NCBI GenBank assembly: GCA_963705305.1
Contig: OY970067.1
Location: 4,672,001 to 4,736,000, forward strand
Length of the DNA stretch: 64,000 nt
Direction of reading: 5' to 3'
Origin: an uncultured Methylomirabilota bacterium
GTDB taxonomy: Bacteria; Methylomirabilota; Methylomirabilia; Methylomirabilales; 2-02-FULL-66-22
This document shows, in pieces, positions 21,773 to 31,730 of the stretch. Under the pieces are notes generated by a model that saw only the letters and a list, made by a program, of their open reading frames with translations, made no database searches and was not told the origin of the DNA. Within the stretch, counting starts at the first letter, position 1, and the number at the start of each line of letters is the position of its first letter. The position numbers and the translations under genes were made by a program.

Positions 21773-23152
21773 ATGAAACGGTGGCGACTTGCACGGCAGA
21801 GCTGGCTGATCCTTCCCCTGCTGCTTGCGGCCACATGGGGAGGCGGGGGTGCGGCCTGGGGCGCGACCCCGCCCATCGAGGAGCTTACCCTCGTCGAGGC
21901 CGTCAAGACTGCCCTGGAGAAAAATCCGGCTCTTCGCGCCGCCACGCACCAAGCGGAGGCGGCGGCGGCCGGGGTGGACCAGGCGCGGGCCGGCTTTTTC
22001 CCACGGGTGGATTTTTCCGAGGGCTTCACACAGAGCGACAATCCCGTCTACGCCTTCGGCAGCCTGCTGAACCAGGGGCGCTTCACGCAGGCCGATTTCG
22101 CAGTGGACACGCTCAACCATCCCGACGCCATCAGCAACTGGCGGACGAACATCGGCGGGAGCCTTCCGCTGTTCATGGGAGGTCGGACCCTTCTGGGATA
22201 CCAGCAGGCGCAACTGGGATCCCAGGCCGCGGAGCAGGGGCGGGCCCGGGTGGAACAGACGGTCATCTTCGGAGTGGTCCGAGCCTATTACGCCGTGCTG
22301 CTCAGCCAGGACGCTCAGGCGACGGTCGAATCCTCCTTGCGGACGGCCGAAGCGACCTTGGCGGCCGCCGAGGCGCGGTATGAAACGGGCCTGGTCGTGG
22401 CATCGGACGCCCTGGCGGCCCGCGTGCGTGTAGCCCGGCTGCGGGAGGAGGCCATCGCCGCCGAGAACCAGGTGCGCCTCGCATACGCCGCCTTGAACGA
22501 GGCCATGGGGGTCAGGCTGGAGGCGCCCCACCGGGTCACCGGGCACCTCGAGCTTCCTCCCGTCCAATATTCTACCCTGGACAGGCTGGACGCCGTGGCG
22601 TTGAACCGCCGGCCGGACTACCTGCAGGCCACTTTCGAGGAGCAGCGGACGGAAAAGGAGGTGTGGCGGGCCAAAGGCGCGTTGCTGCCGACCCTGAATC
22701 TGGTGGGGAACTACGAGATCAACAACCACTACTTGGCCTCCGACGGGCAGGACAGCTGGAGTGTCGGCGTGCTCCTGAACCTGAATCTGTTTAACGGCGG
22801 CGCCGATCACGCCCGGCTAGTTGAAGCCGAGGCGAACTACCGGCGGGCGGTCGCCTTGCGCGAACAGCTCGCCAACGCCATCGGTCTGGAGGTCCGCGAA
22901 GCGTTCCTAACCCTCCAGACGGCCCGTCAACGCATCGGGGTGGCGCAGGAGGCCGCGCGGCAGGCGGAGGAGAGTCTGCGCATCGTCAAGGACCGGTACG
23001 AGGCCGGCCTCACCACCATCGTGGAGCTGCTGGACAGCGAGACCGCCCTGACCGCCGCCCGCACCAACGTGACGCGGACCCTCTACGACGCCACCGTCAA
23101 TCAAGCGAGGCTGCAACTCAGCCTCGGAATGCTCGACCCTGCGAGGTTTTGA
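21773..23152 (+). CDS. TolC-family outer membrane efflux protein
   Basis: Signal peptide; LTL.EAV..AL..NP, two OEP repeats, RYE.GL, ELLDSE; C-terminal F. Confidence 0.92.
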   Translation: MKRWRLARQSWLILPLLLAATWGGGGAAWGATPPIEELTLVEAVKTALEKNPALRAATHQAEAAAAGVDQARAGFFPRVDFSEGFTQSDNPVYAFGSLLNQGRFTQADFAVDTLNHPDAISNWRTNIGGSLPLFMGGRTLLGYQQAQLGSQAAEQGRARVEQTVIFGVVRAYYAVLLSQDAQATVESSLRTAEATLAAAEARYETGLVVASDALAARVRVARLREEAIAAENQVRLAYAALNEAMGVRLEAPHRVTGHLELPPVQYSTLDRLDAVALNRRPDYLQATFEEQRTEKEVWRAKGALLPTLNLVGNYEINNHYLASDGQDSWSVGVLLNLNLFNGGADHARLVEAEANYRRAVALREQLANAIGLEVREAFLTLQTARQRIGVAQEAARQAEESLRIVKDRYEAGLTTIVELLDSETALTAARTNVTRTLYDATVNQARLQLSLGMLDPARF

Positions 23153-23155
23153 GCC

Positions 23156-24361
23156 ATGCTGAGTCTGCGACGTACGCTCCTGTACGCCCTTCTGCTCCTG
23201 CCGCTGGCGGCGTGCGGGAAGGAACCGGCACGGCCGGAAAAGACCGCGGCTCCCCCCGTGGTTCGGGATGTCACGCTGGGCACGGCAACTCTCGGCGAGG
23301 TTGCGGAAACGGCCGAGGTCGTGGGCACGGTGAAGTCGCGGACGGTCACCACGGTCTCCAGCAAGATCCTGGGCCGAATCCTGCGTCTCACCGTGCGTGA
23401 AGGCAGCCTGGTCCAGTCGGGGCAGACGCTGGCGGAGCTTGACGACCAGGATATCCTGGCTCAGGTCCACCGCGCCGAGGCGGGGCTGGCCGAGGCGGAA
23501 AGCGGCGTGGCGGAGGTCGATCAGGCCATTGCGGCGGCGGTCGCAGCCCAGGCGGCGGCGGACGCGGAGCGTGATCTCGCCACGACGACCCTTTCGCGCT
23601 ACCAACGCCTGCTGGACCGCAAATCCGTGGCGCCCCAGGAGTACGATCAGGTGGCTGCGCGGCACAAGGCCGCCGTGGCCGAGGCGGAGCGCGCCGCGGC
23701 CGAACGGCAGGCGGTGGAGGCCAAGCGACGACAGGTCCTGGCCCGGATCGAGTCGGCCCGCGCCGAGGTCGCCGGCGCACGCGTCCTGCTGAGCTACGCC
23801 ACGATTGCCTCCCCCCTGGCCGGCGTGGTGACGGTCAAGCACGCGGACGTGGGCGGCATGGCGACCCCCGGCGCCCCTCTTTTGACCATCGAAGACAACC
23901 GGCACTATTGGCTGGAGATTGCGGTCCCGGACGCGCAAGCGGCCACCCTCCGTCCCCGGCAGAGCCTGCAGGCGACCGTGGAGTCGGTGGGCCTGTCCCT
24001 GGCGGCGCCGGTGAGCGAGATCCTCCCCGCCGCCGACCCGTCCACGCGGACCACGCTGGTCCGCCTCGACCTCCCTCCCCAGCCTCGGCTCCGCTCGGGC
24101 CTCTTCGGCCGCGCCTGGATCCCAGTGGGCCGAAGGCAGGCCGTCCAGGTGCCCGCCAGCGCACTCGTCGAGCGGGGCCAGCTGCAAGGGGTCTACGTGG
24201 TGGGATCGGACGGGACCGCGCGCTTCCGCCTGATCTGGACCGGCCAGACGCGTCCGGAGGGCGTCGAGGTGCTCTCCGGTCTCGTCGGCGGCGAGCGGAT
24301 TGTCGTCTCCGGCACGGCCCGGGTGACCGACGGGGCCCGGATCGAGCCTGCCAAACCCTAG
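23156..24361 (+). CDS. RND efflux periplasmic adaptor (MFP), lipoprotein
   Basis: LAAC lipobox; lipoyl halves (V.EG..V..GQ.L, I.SP..GVV); long helical hairpin; DP.TRT. Confidence 0.92.
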   Translation: MLSLRRTLLYALLLLPLAACGKEPARPEKTAAPPVVRDVTLGTATLGEVAETAEVVGTVKSRTVTTVSSKILGRILRLTVREGSLVQSGQTLAELDDQDILAQVHRAEAGLAEAESGVAEVDQAIAAAVAAQAAADAERDLATTTLSRYQRLLDRKSVAPQEYDQVAARHKAAVAEAERAAAERQAVEAKRRQVLARIESARAEVAGARVLLSYATIASPLAGVVTVKHADVGGMATPGAPLLTIEDNRHYWLEIAVPDAQAATLRPRQSLQATVESVGLSLAAPVSEILPAADPSTRTTLVRLDLPPQPRLRSGLFGRAWIPVGRRQAVQVPASALVERGQLQGVYVVGSDGTARFRLIWTGQTRPEGVEVLSGLVGGERIVVSGTARVTDGARIEPAKP

Positions 24362-24450
24362 AAACGCGCCGACGCCCCGACCCGTCGCACGACGGCGATG
24401 GCCGGGGCGGTCGTTGAGCGTACACCCGAAACCGAGGGGAACCGACCGGC

Positions 24451-27400
24451 ATGTCGCACCCAGAAACCACCGCCCCCCCGCCGGCCCGCCATGAGATCCC
24501 GTTGGGTCTGGCGGGGCGCTTGGCCCGCGCCTTCATCAACTCGCCCCTGACACCGCTGATCGTCGTGGCGTCGATCCTGCTGGGCCTCTTCGCCATCATC
24601 GCCACTCCCCGGGAAGAGGATCCGCAGATCGTCGTCCCCATGATGGATGTCTTCGTCCAGTTTCCGGGCGCCAGCGCCAAGGAGGTCGAAGAGCGGATCA
24701 GCATCCCCATGGAAAAGCTCCTCATGAACATCCCGGGGGTGAAATACGTCTACTCGACCAGCAGCCCCGGGCTGAGCTTCGTCGTCGTGCGCTTCGAGGT
24801 CGGGGAGGATCAGGAGCGGAGCATCGTCAAGGTCTACAATAAGCTCTACTCCAATTTCGACCTGATCCCTCCGGGGGCCTCCAAGCCGCTCATCAAGCCG
24901 CGTTCGATCGACGATGTGCCGATCCTCGCGCTCACCTTGTGGAGCGACCAGGTCGACGGGTACACCCTGCGACGCGTCGCGGCCCAGCTCGAAGGCCAGA
25001 TCAAGGACATCCCGGACGTCTCCGAGACCCACCTGATCGGGGGCGAGCCGCGCCAGCTCCGCGTCCTCCTGGATCCCACCAGCTTGGCGGCCCGGCACCT
25101 CTCTCCTGAGGCCGTGGCCGGAGCCCTCGTGGCCGCCAACCAGGCGGTCCAGGTCGGCAGCTACGACATGCAGAACCGGCAGGTCCTGGTGGACGCGTCC
25201 CGCTTCCTCGATCGCCCGGAGGAGATCGGCCGCCTGGTCGTCGGAGCCGACGGAGGACGTCCGGTCTATCTCCAGGATGTCGCCCGCATCCTGGACGGCC
25301 CGGCGGAAGCACAGCACTATGTCTTCTTCGGTGTCGGCCAGGCCGCGGCCGCCAAGGGGATCGGCCGCGACATGCCCGCCGGACAGGACTACCCGGCCGT
25401 CACCCTTTCCATCGCCAAGCGCCGGGGTACCAACGCCGTCGTCATCGCCGAGAATGTCCTGCACAAGGTGGAGGCGCTGAAGGGCGTCCTCATCCCCGAC
25501 AACGTCCACGTGACCGTCACCCGGGACTACGGCGAGACCGCCAACGAGAAGGCCAACGAGCTGTTCCAGCACCTGCTGCTGGCCACGGTATCGGTCACCC
25601 TGCTCATCGCCGTCTTCCTGGGGTGGCGGTCGGCCGTGGTGGTGCTCCTGGCGGTGCCGGTCACGCTGGCGCTCACGCTGTTCCTGTACTACATCTACGG
25701 CTATACCTTGAACCGCGTGACCCTCTTTGCCCTCGTCTTCTCCATCGCCATCCTGGTGGACGACGCCATCGTGGTGGTGGAGAACATCACCCGCCACTTC
25801 CATCTGCCCGAGAACCGCGGTCGGTCCCTGCTGGCGGTCGCCGTAGAGGCCGTGGCCGAGGTCGGGAACCCCACCGTGCTGGCCACCTGGGCGGTGATCG
25901 CGGCGATCCTGCCCATGGCCTTCGTGGGCGGCCTCATGGGCCCCTACATGCGCCCCATCCCGGTGGGGGCCTCGGTGGCGATGCTCTTCTCCCTCTTCAT
26001 CGCCTTCATCATCTCCCCCTGGGCGGCCTACCGCGTGCTGCGGGGGGAAAAGACTGCTCCGCACGGGGAGCACTACGAGGACTGGACCACGCGGTTGTAC
26101 CGGCGGATCATGACTCCCCTCATCCGCTCCACCTGGAAGCGCTGGGTGTTCCTGACCGGTGTGCTGGTGCTGCTCCTGGCGGCCGTCTCCATGCTCTACT
26201 TCAAGCTCGTGTACGTGAAGATGCTTCCCTTCGACAACAAGAGCGAGTTCGAGGTCATCGTGAACATGCCGGAGGGCACCTCGCTCGAGCAGACGGCGCA
26301 CGTGACCCGCGAGATCGGACAGTACCTGGCCACGGTCCCGGAGGTCACGGACTACGAGATGTACGTGGGGACGGCGGCTCCCTACAACTTCAACGGACTC
26401 GTCCGGCACTACTTCCTTCGCCAGAACCCCTACCAGGCCGGCCTGCAGGTCAACCTGCTGCCGAAGGGCCGGCGGTCCGCCCAGAGCCACGACATCGCCA
26501 AGCGGGTCCGGCCGAAGCTGGATGCCATCGCGGCCCCCTACGGCGCGCGCATCCAGGTCGCCGAGGTTCCCCCCGGTCCCCCCGTCCTCCAGACGCTGGT
26601 GGCGGAGGTGTACGGGCCGGAGTACGCGGACCAGGTGGCCATCGCCCAAAAGATCAAGGCGCTCTTCGCCAAAACGCCCGGCGTGGTGGACGTCGACTGG
26701 TACGTCGCGGATCCGCATCCCCAGGTCCGCTTCCTGGTCGACCGCGAGAAAGCCGCGCTGAGCGGGGTCACGCCCGAGGCGGTGGTCCGGACGCTCCAGC
26801 TGGCGGTAGGAGGTATGGAGGTCGGACTGCTCCACCTCCCTCGCGAGAAGGAGGACGTCAGCCTGCTGGTTCGGCTCCCGCGCGCCAACCGGTCGGGCGT
26901 CACGCCGCTCACCGACCTGAAGGTCACGGGCGCCAACGGCCGCCTGGTCTCCTTGGGCGAGATTCTCCGCCCGGAACAGGACATGCAGGGGTATGATATA
27001 TACCGGAAGAACCTGATGCCGGTCGTGTATGTCACGGGGGATGTGGCGGGAGGCGAGGAAAGCCCGGTGTACGCCATTCTCAAGATGTACCGCCCCATCG
27101 CAGGGATGCAGGTCCCGGGCGGCGGCCATCTCCGGGAGAACCTGGCCGCCCTGCCGTCCACCACCCAGCAGTTCGCCATGAAGTGGGATGGGGAATGGCA
27201 GATCACCGCCGAGGTGTTCCGCGATCTGGGTCTGGCGTTCGCGGCAGCCCTGGTGCTCATCTACATCCTGGTGGTCGGCTGGTTCCGCAACTTCGTGACA
27301 CCCATCGCCATCATGGCCCCCATCCCCCTGACGCTGGTGGGCATCCTGCCGGCCCACGCCCTGCTGGGGGCCTTCTTCACCGCCACCTCGATGATCGGCT

Positions 27401-27732
27401 TCATCGCCGGCGCCGGCATTATCGTGAGGAACTCGATCATCCTGGTGGACTTCATCGAGCTGCGTCTGGCCCAGGGTATGCCGCTGGAAGAGGCCGTGGT
27501 GGATGCCGGCGCCGTGCGGTTCCGACCCATGCTGCTCACGGCGGCGGCCGTGGTGGTGGGGGTTTCCCCCATCCTGTTCGACCCCATCTTTCAGGGAATG
27601 GCCATCTCCCTCATGGCCGGCGAGGTGGCGTCCACACTGCTGAGTCGCATGGCCGTCCCGGTCCTCTACTACATGGAGCGGCGGCACCAAGCCGCGCCGA
27701 GCGCGGCGGGGCTCAAGGCCAACGGACAATGA
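24451..27732 (+). CDS. RND efflux permease (AcrB/AcrD/AcrF family)
   Basis: 1093 aa; [42 protein letters not shown] and RFRPMLLT motifs. Confidence 0.95.
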   Translation: MSHPETTAPPPARHEIPLGLAGRLARAFINSPLTPLIVVASILLGLFAIIATPREEDPQIVVPMMDVFVQFPGASAKEVEERISIPMEKLLMNIPGVKYVYSTSSPGLSFVVVRFEVGEDQERSIVKVYNKLYSNFDLIPPGASKPLIKPRSIDDVPILALTLWSDQVDGYTLRRVAAQLEGQIKDIPDVSETHLIGGEPRQLRVLLDPTSLAARHLSPEAVAGALVAANQAVQVGSYDMQNRQVLVDASRFLDRPEEIGRLVVGADGGRPVYLQDVARILDGPAEAQHYVFFGVGQAAAAKGIGRDMPAGQDYPAVTLSIAKRRGTNAVVIAENVLHKVEALKGVLIPDNVHVTVTRDYGETANEKANELFQHLLLATVSVTLLIAVFLGWRSAVVVLLAVPVTLALTLFLYYIYGYTLNRVTLFALVFSIAILVDDAIVVVENITRHFHLPENRGRSLLAVAVEAVAEVGNPTVLATWAVIAAILPMAFVGGLMGPYMRPIPVGASVAMLFSLFIAFIISPWAAYRVLRGEKTAPHGEHYEDWTTRLYRRIMTPLIRSTWKRWVFLTGVLVLLLAAVSMLYFKLVYVKMLPFDNKSEFEVIVNMPEGTSLEQTAHVTREIGQYLATVPEVTDYEMYVGTAAPYNFNGLVRHYFLRQNPYQAGLQVNLLPKGRRSAQSHDIAKRVRPKLDAIAAPYGARIQVAEVPPGPPVLQTLVAEVYGPEYADQVAIAQKIKALFAKTPGVVDVDWYVADPHPQVRFLVDREKAALSGVTPEAVVRTLQLAVGGMEVGLLHLPREKEDVSLLVRLPRANRSGVTPLTDLKVTGANGRLVSLGEILRPEQDMQGYDIYRKNLMPVVYVTGDVAGGEESPVYAILKMYRPIAGMQVPGGGHLRENLAALPSTTQQFAMKWDGEWQITAEVFRDLGLAFAAALVLIYILVVGWFRNFVTPIAIMAPIPLTLVGILPAHALLGAFFTATSMIGFIAGAGIIVRNSIILVDFIELRLAQGMPLEEAVVDAGAVRFRPMLLTAAAVVVGVSPILFDPIFQGMAISLMAGEVASTLLSRMAVPVLYYMERRHQAAPSAAGLKANGQ

Positions 27733-27842
27733 AGACCCGGCAATGGCGCAGTGAAGATTGACCATCGAGTTTCGCTGGGATCGTCGTCTTGATTTCTTGG
27801 TTCGACCTTGTCGATTTTGCATTGCACGAAGAGGGGGACCAC

Positions 27843-27995
27843 ATGGATACTCTGGGAACACTCGCGCTGATCGTGGGAATCTGGCTGGGTCTCCAGTACC
27901 TGATGCGGAAGGCCGGCCTCCCCACCTGAGGGGTTAAGGGGTGCTCGTCGAGCACCGAGACGAAAGAGGCGCCCCGGGACGAGACCAAGCCATGA
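27843..27995 (+). CDS. Candidate 50-aa single-TM selenoprotein (UGA at codon 29, UxxxxC)
   Basis: GAGGGGG RBS; MDTLGTLALIVGIWLGLQYLMRKAGLPT-UGA-GVKGCSSSTETKEAPRDETKP; hairpin 10 nt after the UGA; second stop overlaps the osmC ATG (ATGA). Confidence 0.7.
27940..27956 (+). promoter_or_regulatory. Putative bacterial SECIS element
   Basis: GGTGCTC-GTC-GAGCACC: 7-bp stem with a loop starting GU; loop G lies 18 nt after UGA 27927-27929. Confidence 0.6.
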
Positions 27996-28462
27996 GCCCG
28001 TCGCCCGAGACGGATCAGCGGACCGTCCTGTCGCTGGAAGAGGGGTATCGGTTTCGGGTGCGGTTCGATCGGGAAGGGATTCCGGACCTGCTCACCGACG
28101 AATCGCCCCCGATTGGGGAAGACACGGGCCCCAGCCCTTCGCGCCTGCTGGCCGCCGCCATCGGCAACTGCCTGGCTGCCAGTCTCCTGTTCTGCCTGCG
28201 GAAGGCGCGCCTCGGCGTGGAGGGGCTGGAGGTCGAGGTTTTCACAACCTTCACCCGGAACCAGGCGGGTCGCTTGCGGATCGGAACGATCCAGGTCCGG
28301 TTGCACCCGAGCTGGACCGAGGAGACCGCCGCCAAGGCCCAGCGCTGCCTGGGGCTCTTTGAGGACTTCTGCCTGGTAACCGAGTCGGTCCGCCACGGGG
28401 TCCCTGTGGAAATCGCCGTGAGCGGAATCGCGATGCCGGAAGCGGATTCGGGAGGGACCTGA
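27992..28462 (+). CDS. OsmC/Ohr family protein
   Basis: TDESPPIG.DTGPSP.RLLAAAIGNCL (first Cys) and FEDFCLVTESVR.G (second Cys). Confidence 0.9.
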   Translation: MSPSPETDQRTVLSLEEGYRFRVRFDREGIPDLLTDESPPIGEDTGPSPSRLLAAAIGNCLAASLLFCLRKARLGVEGLEVEVFTTFTRNQAGRLRIGTIQVRLHPSWTEETAAKAQRCLGLFEDFCLVTESVRHGVPVEIAVSGIAMPEADSGGT

Positions 28463-28463
28463 G

Positions 28464-28661
28464 ATGACGCTCGAGCGCTGGATCCGTTTGATTGCAGGAA
28501 CGTTCATTCTGGTGAGCCTGGCTCTCAGCTGGCTCGTCAGCCCGTACTGGCTGCTCTTCACGGCCTTCGTGGGTCTCAACCTCTTCCAGTCGGCTCTCAC
28601 AGGCTGGTGCCTGATGGAGGATATCCTTCGCAAGGCGGGGGTCCGGGAGGGATGCGGGTGA
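28464..28661 (+). CDS. DUF2892 (YgaP-like) small membrane protein
   Basis: ER.IRLIAG..IL.SL...WLLFTAFVGLNLFQSALTGWC pattern; two TM helices. Confidence 0.9.
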   Translation: MTLERWIRLIAGTFILVSLALSWLVSPYWLLFTAFVGLNLFQSALTGWCLMEDILRKAGVREGCG

Positions 28662-29011
28662 TGGACGGTCCGCAGCCGGCCGACCCGTCGCTCCTGAGCC
28701 TGACCGCCGCCTGGCAGGCGCTCCGGCCCCTCCTGGCCCAAGAGCAGTGCCGGACCTGCGAGTGCCTGCAGGGGGCTGTCACGGAGCTCTGGCTGACGCT
28801 GGAGGATCTCCCGGTATCTGTCGACCGACCGGGGTTGCTCCGGTCCGTCGAGGGCGCCCTGCTGCGAGACGCCCCCCACTCCTGTCTCGGCTGCAACCCC
28901 TGCCAGCCGGGGAATATCCTGGCGGCTTTCTACCGCGCCCGGCAGGCCGCCACACACATGGGCGGCTGTGCTTCCAACTCATCCTGTTCGTCAGAGAAGT
29001 GTACCCTCTAG
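28661..29011 (+). CDS. Cys-rich putative metal-binding protein
   Basis: TGATG overlap with DUF2892; CRTCEC, HSCLGCNPC and three further C-terminal Cys. Confidence 0.75.
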   Translation: MDGPQPADPSLLSLTAAWQALRPLLAQEQCRTCECLQGAVTELWLTLEDLPVSVDRPGLLRSVEGALLRDAPHSCLGCNPCQPGNILAAFYRARQAATHMGGCASNSSCSSEKCTL

Positions 29012-29020
29012 GAGAGGCCA

Positions 29021-29866
29021 ATGCCGACTACACTTACCATCATCACCGAGAACACGGTCCTGGGGAAGGGAGATGCCCTGTACGGCCAGCACGGCTTCTC
29101 GCTCTTCTTGGAGCGACCGGAGACGCGGATCCTCTTCGACACCGGCCCGGCGGGAATCGCCACCCTCCACAACGCCCCCCGACTGGGCATCGACCTCCGG
29201 AGTACGGATGCGATTGTCCTGAGCCACGGCCACCAGGACCATACCGGTGGTCTGCTGGGCGTCCTCCAGACCATCGGTAAACCGATCCGGGTGTACGCCC
29301 ACCCAGGCATCTTCGCCGACCGCTACGGAAAGCGTGCCAACGGCCGGGTCGTGCACGCCGGCATGCCCTACAAGCGCGAGGTGCTGGAGGGGTTCGGGGC
29401 ACAGTTCGATCTCTCCGCCGATTTCCGGGAGATCGCCCCCGGCATCTACCTCAGCGGCGAGGTTCCGCGTAGCTCCCCGTTCGAGACCGGTGACGCGGAG
29501 CTGTACGTCAAGCGGGAAGGCCAGCTGGTCCGCGATCCCATCGCCGACGACCAGTCCTTGGCGCTCGAGACGACGGAAGGTCTGGCTCTGATCCTGGGTT
29601 GCTGTCATGCCGGCCTCATCAACACCCTCCACCTCTTCCAAGCCAAGCTGCCGGGTCGGCGGATTCATACCGTGATCGGAGGCACCCATCTCGGTTTTGC
29701 GCCGCCCGAGCAGCTGCGCCAAACGATCGACGCTCTGAAGGCGGCGGGCGTTGCCCGGTTGAGTCTCTCGCACTGCACGGGGCTTCCTGCCGGGGCGGCG
29801 TTGGCGCGGGAACTGGGCGACGCGGTGGCTTTTTGCAACGTGGGCTACACGCTGACCCTCGCCTAG
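29021..29866 (+). CDS. MBL-fold metallo-hydrolase (COG1237-like)
   Basis: HGFS, FDTG, SHGHQDHTGG, GCCHAG, GGTHL and SHCTG motifs; AGGAGAGG RBS. Confidence 0.9.
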   Translation: MPTTLTIITENTVLGKGDALYGQHGFSLFLERPETRILFDTGPAGIATLHNAPRLGIDLRSTDAIVLSHGHQDHTGGLLGVLQTIGKPIRVYAHPGIFADRYGKRANGRVVHAGMPYKREVLEGFGAQFDLSADFREIAPGIYLSGEVPRSSPFETGDAELYVKREGQLVRDPIADDQSLALETTEGLALILGCCHAGLINTLHLFQAKLPGRRIHTVIGGTHLGFAPPEQLRQTIDALKAAGVARLSLSHCTGLPAGAALARELGDAVAFCNVGYTLTLA

Positions 29867-30067
29867 CACTGCGCCTGGCAGGGCGTTGCGACGCTTCCCG
29901 CTCGCCTGCGCGCCCCGCGGCATGAGGAACACCGACCTTGGGCCGAAGCTGCCCATGGCCGGCCCGCCCCTGCGGGCAGATTCCTCGCGCGCCCCCTACA
30001 AACCCGGCAGTCTCTCTACGATTCACTGCGGAGATCGCCCGGCCGATCCCCTCCGACTGGGCAGCCG

Positions 30068-30096
30068 TTGACAAAGAGCGACGGGAGAGATATAGA
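30068..30096 (+). promoter_or_regulatory. Putative sigma70 promoter with a long leader before the ACT-domain gene
   Basis: TTGACA-17 nt-TATAGA. Confidence 0.6.
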
Positions 30097-30380
30097 GCTC
30101 CGCAGAGCGTGCTCCCCCCGACCCATCCGCGGCGGTCTGCGCATGTTCCGGCGCGGCCTTCCGCGATGACCAAACATGTTCAGACAGATCAGCTCTCCCT
30201 CCGGGGAAACCATGGATATCCATGTAGAATCGAATAGTTACCGGCCGTTTGAACCTGACGGCGAGAGGTTTCTCAAGCCCAGGGGGATCCGGATGTACCG
30301 GATCCGGCGTGGACCGCGACCTCCCGCGCTGGAAACCTGAGGTCGCCGGGGAAGGATGCCGCTCGGAAGGAGGGGCTGCC

Positions 30381-30845
30381 ATGGGTGAGACAATCCAGGT
30401 GGTGGACTACTTCTACACAGAGGCTCCGGACAAGCCGGGGGAGGGCAGCAAGCTCCTGACACAGCTCAAGGACGCGGGGGTCAATCTACTGGCATTTTCG
30501 GGCTTCCCGAAAGGCCGCCGGACCCAGCTGGACTTCATTCCAACCGATGTGGCCGCCTTCAAAGCCGCCGCCAAGAAGGGGAAGCGGAAGATGGTCGGCC
30601 CCAAGAAGGGCTTCCTGATCCGGGGCGACGACCGCGTTGGAGCCCTGGCGGATCTGCTGGCCAAGCTCGCCGAGGCCAAGATCAACATCACCGCCACCGA
30701 CGCCATCGCCGCCGGGGGCGGTCGGTATGCCGCCCTCCTCTGGGTGAAGTCCCGCAACGTCAAGCGAGCGGCCAAGATCCTGGGCGCAGCGGCGCCGGCG
30801 ACCGCGGCACCCGCGGCGCCGACCCGCGAGTGGCCAAAGCCCTGA
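30381..30845 (+). CDS. Tandem ACT-domain-like protein
   Basis: DKPGEG..LL..L..AGVNL and DDRVGALADLL.KLAEAKINI repeats; GGAAGGAGG RBS. Confidence 0.8.
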   Translation: MGETIQVVDYFYTEAPDKPGEGSKLLTQLKDAGVNLLAFSGFPKGRRTQLDFIPTDVAAFKAAAKKGKRKMVGPKKGFLIRGDDRVGALADLLAKLAEAKINITATDAIAAGGGRYAALLWVKSRNVKRAAKILGAAAPATAAPAAPTREWPKP

Positions 30846-30983
30846 TCGCGTTCATCCGTGGACCCTGGTCCCTCCGAGCGCCCATGGCCCACGGTCCCGA
30901 AGTCGGCCGCGGTTTGAGGAACCGCGGGCGGCCGGACGTCCCGTCCGGGGTTCGGCCGCCCGCGGTCTCCGGACGTGCTGCCG

Positions 30984-31409
30984 TCATGCTGTCTCCGAAC
31001 AGCCCTCCTTCCACCGCGCCAGTTTCTCGCGGAGGCGCTGCTCCTGCCTGTCCCGATCCACGATGAACCGATCGTGCGCCCCCTCCGCCACCTTGTCCAA
31101 TTGGTCGTGCACCTCGAAGGTGAAGCGGAGGAGGCGACGGTCAATCTCTATAAGCGCGCACCGGGCAGTGACCGTCATGCCGACCGGTGTCGCCGCCAGG
31201 TGCCGGATATCCACCCGGGTGCCGACGGTATCCTGATCCTCTCTGAGAAACGGGCGCACACCCTCCAGCGCGCAGATCTCGACGAAGCGCACCAACTCCG
31301 GCGTAGACAATACCCCTAGTCCCTGAGCCGCCAAGTGCTTCGCCGCCTGCGCCTCGGTCACCACCATGCCTTTGTCATACGTTGCTCCGACTTCCAGATG
31401 CTCCGCCAT
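30984..31409 (-). CDS. Fluoroacetyl-CoA thioesterase (FlK)-like hot-dog protein
   Basis: VLSTP, E, TVGT.V...HLAATPVG and G.H.RFIVD motifs. Confidence 0.88.
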   Translation of the reverse strand: MAEHLEVGATYDKGMVVTEAQAAKHLAAQGLGVLSTPELVRFVEICALEGVRPFLREDQDTVGTRVDIRHLAATPVGMTVTARCALIEIDRRLLRFTFEVHDQLDKVAEGAHDRFIVDRDRQEQRLREKLARWKEGCSETA

Positions 31410-31614
31410 GCTCGATTCGCCCTCCTCGTTCGGACCGTCGCGGCATCCCGCCTGCCGGTGTCGGTCTGTTTTTGGCCTTCGGCTGAGTGCCGCTCACACG
31501 CACGACCGCCGGACTCCGGCGGCGCATCCCTGTGTCGGGGGGCCGCATCCGCCGGCCCGGCACCGGTATCGTACCACAACACCGGCACACTTTTCGCGTC
31601 CCGGCTGAATTGCC

Positions 31615-31643
31615 TTGTTCTCCATGACTTCATACCGTACATT
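31615..31643 (+). promoter_or_regulatory. Putative sigma70 promoter of the HAD gene
   Basis: TTGTTC-17 nt-TACATT in a divergent intergenic region. Confidence 0.45.
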
Positions 31644-31730
31644 GCATGAGGAGCGAGTCGTGGAAATGCCGGCATCCTCGCGGCAAGGCTGGGCTGCAGG
31701 CGCTTCCCGCCGGAGCGAGTCATACTTCAC

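Noticed and set aside
27729..27842. ATG overlapping the RND stop opens [13 protein letters not shown] in frame with the selenopeptide, suggesting a second read-through
   Set aside because: No convincing hairpin after TGA 27759-27761, no Cys partner, and ATG 27843 has its own RBS; being in frame is a 1-in-3 chance
24358..27861. Very long antisense ORFs (24358-27861, 14207-17632, 10249-13056, 40625-42643 and others)
   Set aside because: Shadow frames of GC-rich genes whose opposite strand carries clear family motifs
28650..28700. DUF2892 ends GCG-TGA, a possible Sec
   Set aside because: The TGA overlaps the next ATG (TGATG), which indicates a normal coupled stop; the read-through would be short and featureless
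30166..30237. 23-codon ORF in the ACT-gene leader as an attenuator peptide
   Set aside because: No RBS and no run of regulatory codons
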